Part shown: piece by piece, positions 59,042 to 64,000 of the stretch
Layout: every line of letters starts with the position of its first letter
Numbering within the stretch: position 1 is the first letter of the stretch
Translations under genes and position numbers: made by a program
The notes under the pieces: generated by a model
Told to the model about the DNA's origin: nothing
Database searches by the model: none
The model's input: the letters and a program-made list of their open reading frames with translations, nothing else
Origin: an uncultured Planctomycetaceae bacterium
Lineage (GTDB): Bacteria > Planctomycetota > Planctomycetia > Planctomycetales > Planctomycetaceae
Assembly: GCA_963815195.1 (NCBI GenBank)
Contig: CAWFGE010000008.1
Coordinates: forward strand, 288,001-352,000
Length of the DNA stretch: 64,000 nt
Reading direction: 5' to 3'

Positions 59042-60313
59042 ATGATTTCCCGACGTTCGTTTTTGCAGGCTTTGGGCACGGGCGTGGCGGCGGCGCCCTG
59101 GTTCTCCCTTTACGCCGCGGACGACGACAAGCCTATCAAGCGGTTGGCGGTCGTGACGACGGTCTGGCGGTATCGCTCGCACGCGTGGCATATGGCGGAG
59201 CGGTTCCTCGCGGGTTATCCGATCGACGGGCATTGGCATCGGCCGAACTTGAAGGTCGTTTCGGCTTATGTCGATCAGAAGCCCGAAAACGACCTGAGCC
59301 GGATGCGGTCGAAGAACTTCGGGTTTCCGATCTACCCCACGATTGCCGAGGCTTTGAGGTGCGGAGGCAAGGAACTGGCTGTCGATGCCGTGCTGATCAT
59401 CGGCGAGCACGGCGACTATCCGCAGAACGAATGGGGCCAGAAAAAATATCCGCGGTATGAGTTCTTCAAGCAGGTGACGGACGTTTTCAAAGCCGACGGC
59501 CGCGTGACGCCGGTGTTCAACGACAAGCATCTGTCGTGGAAATGGGAGTGGGCGCTCGAGATGGTCGAGACCGCCCGCGAGATGCAGATTCCCTTTCTCG
59601 CCGGCTCTTCGCTGCCGGTGACCTGGCGAATGCCTGCGGTCGATATGCCTTACGGCGCGGAGGTGGAGGAAATCCTCTGCCTGGCCTACGGCGGTCTCGA
59701 TAGTTACGACTTCCACGCGCTCGAGGTTCTGCAGTGCATGGCCGACCGGCGAAAGGGCGGCGAAACCGGCGTGAAAAACCTGCACGCCGTGCGCGGCGAT
59801 GCGTTCTGGCAGGCGATGGACAAGGGCCGTTGGCCCGCGGGCGGTTGGAGCCCGGAGCTTTTCGAGGCCTGTCTCTGCCGGACGCAAACGCTGGCCCAAG
59901 CCCCCACGACCAGCGACCGCCATCCCACGCCCGAGCAAATCCGCGAATGGGTGAAGGACCCGGTGGCGTACCGGTTTGAATACAACGACGGCCTCAAAGC
60001 GACCATGCTGTTGATGAACGGACTCGTCGAGGATTTCACCTTCGCCGCCCGCCTCAAAAACCAAAGCCAACCGCTTTCCACGCTGTTCTATCTGCCGCCC
60101 AATCCAAACGTGACCTACTCGGCCGCTTTGATGTCGAAGGCTGAAGAAAACTTCCTCACGGGGAAGCCGCCTTATCCGATCGAGCGGACGCTGCTTACGT
60201 CCGGTCTCGTGGAAGCGGGCATGCAATCCCTCGGCAAGGGCAAACGCCTGGAAACGCCGCACCTCAAAGTCCGCTACCAGCCGGCGAAGGAGTCGATCTT
60301 TCTGCAATCGTAA
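59042..60313 (+). CDS. Tat-exported conserved protein (Gfo/Idh/MocA-like oxidoreductase fold possible)
   Basis: SRRSFL; DAVLIIGEHGDYP, PVFNDKHLS, AGSSLPVTWR, YDFHALE, YPIERTLLTSG. Confidence 0.7.
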   Translation: MISRRSFLQALGTGVAAAPWFSLYAADDDKPIKRLAVVTTVWRYRSHAWHMAERFLAGYPIDGHWHRPNLKVVSAYVDQKPENDLSRMRSKNFGFPIYPTIAEALRCGGKELAVDAVLIIGEHGDYPQNEWGQKKYPRYEFFKQVTDVFKADGRVTPVFNDKHLSWKWEWALEMVETAREMQIPFLAGSSLPVTWRMPAVDMPYGAEVEEILCLAYGGLDSYDFHALEVLQCMADRRKGGETGVKNLHAVRGDAFWQAMDKGRWPAGGWSPELFEACLCRTQTLAQAPTTSDRHPTPEQIREWVKDPVAYRFEYNDGLKATMLLMNGLVEDFTFAARLKNQSQPLSTLFYLPPNPNVTYSAALMSKAEENFLTGKPPYPIERTLLTSGLVEAGMQSLGKGKRLETPHLKVRYQPAKESIFLQS

Positions 60314-60335
60314 CCGTGCACCCGCTGGCCCCATT

Positions 60336-60391
60336 CATCACGGAATCATGGTTCACAAAATCATGATTCTGTAATCCATGATTTTGTGATG
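60336..60391. repeat. AT-rich imperfect palindromic repeat between convergent genes
   Basis: TCATCACGGAATCATGG...CCATGATTTTGTGATGA enclosing ACAAAATCATGATTCTGT. Confidence 0.6.
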
Positions 60392-60406
60392 AACAGCCAC
60401 CGCCCG

Positions 60407-61480
60407 CTACGAATCGCGCAGCAGTTTTTGGATCGTGTCGCGGTTGACGGGTTGGATCACGCCGCGTTCGGTGATGATGCCGGCGATGAGCTCGGCGGGG
60501 GTCACATCGAAGGCGGGGTTATAGATGTCGATGCCTTCGGGAGCGGTTTGACGGCCGAAGCCGTGGGTGATTTCTTCCGGGCTGCGTTCTTCGATGGGAA
60601 TCTCCGCGCCGCTGGCAATGGCGAAATCGAATGTCGAAGACGGGGCCGCGACGTAGAACGGGATGTGGTGGGCTTTGGCCAATAAGGCGACGGAATACGT
60701 GCCGATCTTGTTCGCGGCGTCGCCGTTGGCCGCAATGCGGTCGGCCCCGGTGACGACTGCGGAGACCTTGTGCTGCTGCATCACCCAACCGGCCATCGAA
60801 TCGCAGATCAAAGTGACCGGGATGTTTCGCTGCTTGAGTTCCCAAGCCGTCAGCCTCGCCCCCTGAAGCAGCGGCCGGGTCTCGTCGGCATAGACGTGAA
60901 TCGCCTTCCCCGCAGCGGCGGCGGCGAACATCACCGAGAGCGCGGTCCCATCGCCCGCCGTCGCCAGCCCGCCGGCGTTGCAGTGCGTCAACACGCCCTG
61001 GCCGTCCTGGAGGAGTTCCGCCCCGTACCGCCCGATCGCCGCGCACATCTCGCGGTCTTCGCGTTCGATGGCTTGGGCTTCCTGGAGCAATCGTTCGATC
61101 ATTTTTTCGGGAGAGAGTTCCGCATTCGCGGCGGCGCAGGCTTTCATGCGGTCGAGCGCCCAAAACAAATTCACCGCCGTGGGCCGGCTCGTCGCCAAAT
61201 AGTCGGCGACCTGGTTTAGCTGCTGATCGAACTGTTTCCGTTCGTCCGAAGGGTTTCGCACGCCGAGCACCAGCCCATAAGCCGCCGCGACTCCGATGGC
61301 CGGAGCCCCGCGAACGCGGAGCGATTTGATCGCTTCCCAAACCTGTTCCGCGGTGTCCAATTCAATTTCGACCAACTCGACGGGCAGGCGGGTTTGATCG
61401 ATCATCCGCAACCGCCCCTTCACATCGCCCACCCAAGCCAGAGTCGCCGGAGGCGTTTTCGCGGCACTTTCTAAATTCAT
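60407..61480 (-). CDS. mtnA: Methylthioribose-1-phosphate isomerase
   Basis: IDQTRLP, LRVRGAPAIG, SRPTAVNLFWA, LTHCNAGGLAT, DETRPLLQGARLT, ANKIGTY, NPAFDVTP. Confidence 0.96.
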   Translation of the reverse strand: MNLESAAKTPPATLAWVGDVKGRLRMIDQTRLPVELVEIELDTAEQVWEAIKSLRVRGAPAIGVAAAYGLVLGVRNPSDERKQFDQQLNQVADYLATSRPTAVNLFWALDRMKACAAANAELSPEKMIERLLQEAQAIEREDREMCAAIGRYGAELLQDGQGVLTHCNAGGLATAGDGTALSVMFAAAAAGKAIHVYADETRPLLQGARLTAWELKQRNIPVTLICDSMAGWVMQQHKVSAVVTGADRIAANGDAANKIGTYSVALLAKAHHIPFYVAAPSSTFDFAIASGAEIPIEERSPEEITHGFGRQTAPEGIDIYNPAFDVTPAELIAGIITERGVIQPVNRDTIQKLLRDS

Positions 61481-61592
61481 GACCTGAGCCTTTTTGTTGT
61501 TCGTCGAACCAGAAGGTCGTGCAGCCCTTCAAGATTCTAATCAATTTTCTGCGGGCGAGCTAACCCCTGAAGTGCCGCCGGGCGGCGCGCGA

Positions 61593-61702
61593 TGTCCGCC
61601 GGGAATCGAATCGGGCACCGCCCGAAGGATGGTCCTACGAGCTTCACGAAGCCTGCGGCTCGGTGCCCGAGCCAGGGCGTTCTGCCGTTTGCCGACCGAG
61701 CC
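61593..61702 (-). pseudogene. Disrupted/chimeric tRNA (5' half probably Leu-type) with two mini-element inserts
   Basis: 5' half GGCTCGG-TC-GGCAAACGGCAGAACG-CCCTGG-CTC, then two opposed GGGCACCG hairpins, then TTCGATTCCCGG; the 3' end does not pair with the 5' end. Confidence 0.6.
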
Positions 61703-61716
61703 GATTGTGTTTTCAA

Positions 61717-61790
61717 TACCCAGAGCAGGAATCGAACCTGCAAACACTCGGGTTTAAGCCGAGTCGCTCTGCCAGTTGGCGTATCTGGGC
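61717..61790 (-). tRNA. tRNA-Leu(TAA), short variable loop
   Basis: Anticodon arm CTCGG-CTTAAAC-CCGAG; variable loop TGTTT; T-arm GCAGG-TTCGATT-CCTGC. Confidence 0.85.
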
Positions 61791-61802
61791 CTATTCTTTC
61801 AG

Positions 61803-61874
61803 TAGTCCCGGACGGAATCGAACCATCGTTTCCTGGACGTCAACCAAGCGTCGTCACCATTGGACCACGGGACT
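61803..61874 (-). tRNA. tRNA-Val(GAC)
   Basis: Acceptor AGTCCCG/CGGGACT; CTTGG-TTGACGT-CCAGG. Confidence 0.85.
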
Positions 61875-61882
61875 GAATTAAG

Positions 61883-61980
61883 TGGACCCACCCGGAATTG
61901 CACCAGGGCACCGATGGGCCGCAGGCGGGATTGATCCTCCGGCCTGCGACGCCGGCATCTTCCTGTTGGACGATGAGCCC
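61883..61980 (-). tRNA. tRNA-Ala(CGC) with mini-element insert in the variable loop
   Basis: Acceptor GGGCTCA/TGGGTCC with G3:U70; CCGGC-GTCGCAG-GCCGG; T-loop TGCAATT; 98 nt long. Confidence 0.75.
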
Positions 61981-62008
61981 CTTTGGCAAGCGAAGGTTTG
62001 CTCGCAAG

Positions 62009-62079
62009 CACGCCCCCAAGGACTTGAACCCTGACCAACTGGGTTGGAGCCAGTCATGCTGCGATGACACCAGAGGCGT
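62009..62079 (-). tRNA. tRNA-Trp(CCA)
   Basis: ACTGG-CTCCAAC-CCAGT; discriminator G; D-loop lacks GG. Confidence 0.8.
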
Positions 62080-62090
62080 GTGTTGTTGAG

Positions 62091-62175
62091 CGGAAGCCGT
62101 GAGACTCGAACTCACAAGCGGTTTACGCCGCCACCTGTTTTCAAGACAGGCTCCTCATCCGGCCGGATGACTTCC
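62091..62175 (-). tRNA. tRNA-Ser(TGA)
   Basis: CCTGT-CTTGAAA-ACAGG; long variable arm GCGG-CGTAAA-CCGC; discriminator G. Confidence 0.85.
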
Positions 62176-62184
62176 GATTTTTAG

Positions 62185-62209
62185 CTGCGGGAGTTGAATC
62201 GAACCAACG
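62185..62209 (-). pseudogene. 3' fragment of a tRNA (T-arm and acceptor strand only)
   Basis: CGTTGGTTCGATTCAACTCCCGCAG; the 5' part is replaced by unrelated DNA. Confidence 0.6.
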
Positions 62210-62353
62210 GTTTCCTGAGATGGAGGGATGGAGCAATTTGATAGACGAATTGCCGATACATCTTCCGATCGAATTGCCAGACTGGCGAGAAGAAATCAAT
62301 GCAGCCTAGCCTGACGATGAAACGCTTGTTCTTTTCAAACGAGGACAGGAAAC
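62210..62353. mobile_element. Possible IS remnant replacing the 5' part of a tRNA
   Basis: Bounded by GTTTCCTG/CAGGAAAC; contains an ORF tail GWSNLIDELPIHLPIELPDWREEINAA*. Confidence 0.4.
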
Positions 62354-62361
62354 TTGAAAGG

Positions 62362-62436
62362 CTGCGGAGGCAGGAATCGAACCTGCGTCTGGGCGATTAA
62401 CAGTCGCCTTCCCGTACCAACACAGGACCCACCGCA
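62362..62436 (-). tRNA. tRNA-Asn(GTT)
   Basis: GGCGA-CTGTTAA-TCGCC; T-arm GCAGG-TTCGATT-CCTGC; G8 instead of U8; one acceptor mismatch. Confidence 0.82.
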
Positions 62437-62462
62437 GAATTATGAAACCGTCAATGGCGGAG

Positions 62463-62547
62463 TCAGGATGGTCGGGACCAATCCGGACTTCGGCCGATCG
62501 GTGCCCGAACCGGCGGTCGGCGGATGACCAGACTTTCCCATATCCTG
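62463..62547 (-). pseudogene. Pseudo-tRNA (Pro-like) lacking the anticodon arm, with mini-element in the T-loop
   Basis: Acceptor CAGGATA/CATCCTG-A, D-arm GGAAAGTCTGGTCATCCG, then GACC-GCCGG-TTC[insert]CCGAC. Confidence 0.65.
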
Positions 62548-62555
62548 AAATCGAA

Positions 62556-62626
62556 AGCGCCCAGCGGGAGTCGAACCCGCAATTCCGCCATGGCAAGGCG
62601 GTAGGTTTCCGCTACATCATGGGCGC
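62556..62626 (-). tRNA. tRNA-Gly(GCC)
   Basis: Acceptor GCGCCCA/TGGGCGC-T; CCGCC-TTGCCAT-GGCGG. Confidence 0.88.
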
Positions 62627-62638
62627 GGCTTGATTGAG

Positions 62639-62711
62639 TGGGACCGGAGGGGCTCGAACCCTCACCGAACCGGTTAAGAGCCGGTCATGCTGCCGCTAAC
62701 ACCTCGATCCC
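62639..62711 (-). tRNA. tRNA-Lys(CTT)
   Basis: ACCGG-CTCTTAA-CCGGT; T-arm GAGGG-TTCGAGC-CCCTC; A8 instead of U8. Confidence 0.85.
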
Positions 62712-62728
62712 GTGTTGATATTCTTGAT

Positions 62729-62800
62729 TGAGCCTGGATGGAGTCGAACCATCGTCTGGCCCTTATAAGGAGCCGGCTCTGACCGTTGAGCTACAGGCCC
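62729..62800 (-). tRNA. tRNA-Ile(TAT)
   Basis: GGGCCTG-TA-GCTC-AACGGTCA-GAGC; GGCTC-CTTATAA-GGGCC; T-arm GATGG-TTCGACT-CCATC. Confidence 0.88.
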
Positions 62801-62815
62801 TTTTTCGTTTGGCAA

Positions 62816-62887
62816 TGAGGCCGGAGGGATTTGAACCCCCACCGTGCAGGTTAAAAGCCTGCTGTGCTCCCGTTACACCACGACCCC
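62816..62887 (-). tRNA. tRNA-Lys(TTT)
   Basis: GCAGG-CTTTTAA-CCTGC; T-loop TTCAAAT. Confidence 0.88.
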
Positions 62888-62951
62888 GGAATTGATCGTG
62901 GCGTCTGTTTCCATCGCTGCAAAAAAAACATGAGATAGCCTCTCGGAAAAG

Positions 62952-63024
62952 TAGCCCGGGAAGGAATCGAACCTTCATTTCCGCCTTATCAGGGCGGCGT
63001 CCTAAACCATTGAACGACCGGGCT
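62952..63024 (-). tRNA. tRNA-Ile(GAT)
   Basis: Acceptor AGCCCGG/CCGGGCT-A; CCGCC-CTGATAA-GGCGG. Confidence 0.88.
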
Positions 63025-63041
63025 AATTGGTGAATTGTAAG

Positions 63042-63106
63042 TCGGGATGGCCGGACTCGAACCGGCGACTCCGTGCTCCCAAGGCACGTGGGGTGCCGCT
63101 CGCCAC
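63042..63106 (-). pseudogene. tRNA-Pro(TGG), 5' acceptor strand removed by IS insertion
   Basis: CGTGC-CTTGGGA-GCACG and T-arm intact; 3' strand CATCCCG-A has no 5' partner because the IS end begins there. Confidence 0.78.
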
Positions 63107-64000
63107 CCCTTTCAACATGTTAGATTTTTGCTATAAGTCGCTTCTACAGGGATTGTTGTATCAAACCTTATGGAGGCGGCAAGGATGTGGCCCGACGCTG
63201 TGCTTGATCGTTTTGTGGAAGAATGTCCAGCGGCAGTGATGGTTCGAGCAACGCTCGAGAATCTTGTGTCGCCGGATCGACTGGATGAGATTTTCGCCGA
63301 CGCTTCGCAGAGACAATACGAGAAAGAATTGCTGTTTTCGCAAGTGGTGGCCCTGATGATGGGCGTGGCGACGCGGACGCACACGTCGGTCCATGCCGGG
63401 TACTTGGCCGCCAAGGAGCAACTGGCGGTTTCGCCGGCCGCACTTTATGGCAAGTTGAACCGTCTGGAACCCGGCCTTTCGGCGACGATGATCCGGGAAA
63501 CGAGCCAGGACGCGGCTCAAGTCATCGATGCCATGCCGGGAGCATGCCGCGAACTTTTGCCGGGCTATCACGTGCAGTATTTGGACGGGAATCATTTGGC
63601 GGCGACTGAGCATCGGCTGGCGGAATTGCGCGTCACGCGGGAAGGCCCTTTGCCGGGCCAGACCTTGGCGCTTCTGGACGCGCAGCGGGATCTGATTTCG
63701 GAACTGCTCCCGTGTGAAGACGGGCATGCTCAGGAACGTTCGCTTCTGCCGGAGCTTCTGGAATGGATCCGGGCCGAGACGGTGACAATCGCCGACCGGA
63801 ACTTCTGCACGACCAAGTTTCTGTTTGGAATTGTCAAGCAGTCGGCCTACTTTGTCATTCGCCAACACGCTTCGACACTCACCTGGAAACTCGTCGGTCG
63901 CCGGAAACGCATCGGACGCATCGAAACGGGTCTTGTTTTCGAGCAGTCGGCCGAGCTGTCCCAGGGTGAAGAGACGTTGCGAGTCCGGCGGATCACCATC
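63104..64000 (+). mobile_element. IS4-family insertion sequence (left part; runs off the window)
   Basis: Left end ~CACCCCTTTCAAC abuts the broken tRNA-Pro; transposase ORF follows. Confidence 0.8.
63185..64000 (+). CDS. IS4-family DDE transposase (3' incomplete; absent from the ORF track)
   Basis: Manual translation MWPDAVLDRFVEECPAAVMVR...QYEKELLFS...YLDGNHLAATEHRL...CEDGHAQERSLL...IADRNFCT...FVIRQH; open to the window end; RBS GGAGG. Confidence 0.9.
   Translation, partial: MWPDAVLDRFVEECPAAVMVRATLENLVSPDRLDEIFADASQRQYEKELLFSQVVALMMGVATRTHTSVHAGYLAAKEQLAVSPAALYGKLNRLEPGLSATMIRETSQDAAQVIDAMPGACRELLPGYHVQYLDGNHLAATEHRLAELRVTREGPLPGQTLALLDAQRDLISELLPCEDGHAQERSLLPELLEWIRAETVTIADRNFCTTKFLFGIVKQSAYFVIRQHASTLTWKLVGRRKRIGRIETGLVFEQSAELSQGEETLRVRRITI

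Noticed and set aside
61613..62506. Mini-inserts as group I/II or BHB tRNA introns
   Set aside because: Too short for self-splicing introns, present in both orientations, and without bulge-helix-bulge junctions.
62463..62547. Functional tRNA-Pro(CGG)
   Set aside because: The apparent TCGGG loop is the junction between the T-loop TTC and the GGGCACC insert; the true anticodon arm is missing.
54862..62800. tilS and tRNA-Ile(TAT) as one operon or system
   Set aside because: About 7 kb apart, on opposite strands and separated by unrelated genes; TilS acts on CAU, not UAU.
63161..63868. 235-aa minus-strand ORF
   Set aside because: Antisense to the IS4 transposase on the plus strand.

Overview
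GC-rich bacterial DNA with a Planctomycetota-type gene set: DUF1592/DUF1552 pair, DUF1598, GYF-domain and WD40 proteins, a Planctomycete extracellular N-terminal motif, and an ECF sigma/Ser-Thr kinase pair. About 40 CDSs are supported. Roughly ten carry single-base frameshifts, most simply explained as long-read indel errors. Most notable: (1) a minus-strand array of ~14 non-canonical, CCA-less tRNA genes and remnants (61.6-63.1 kb), including Ile(UAU) and a short-armed Leu(UAA), cut at its upstream end by an IS4-family element; (2) four 23-32 nt 'GGGCACCG-stem-GNA triloop' mini-elements inserted in three of those tRNA genes; (3) a five-gene non-canonical Hsp70/GrpE/J-protein/helical protein/Zn-ribbon cassette bracketed by 247-bp inverted copies of a MITE; (4) an AT-rich ABC-ATPase + DUF3226 (TOPRIM-like) pair that may be a defence module; (5) an isolated tRNA-like sequence at 2016-2086 beside an island-like region with a blaI remnant; (6) an HNH gene with an attenuator-like leader. 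All family assignments are from motif recognition by eye; no database searches were run.
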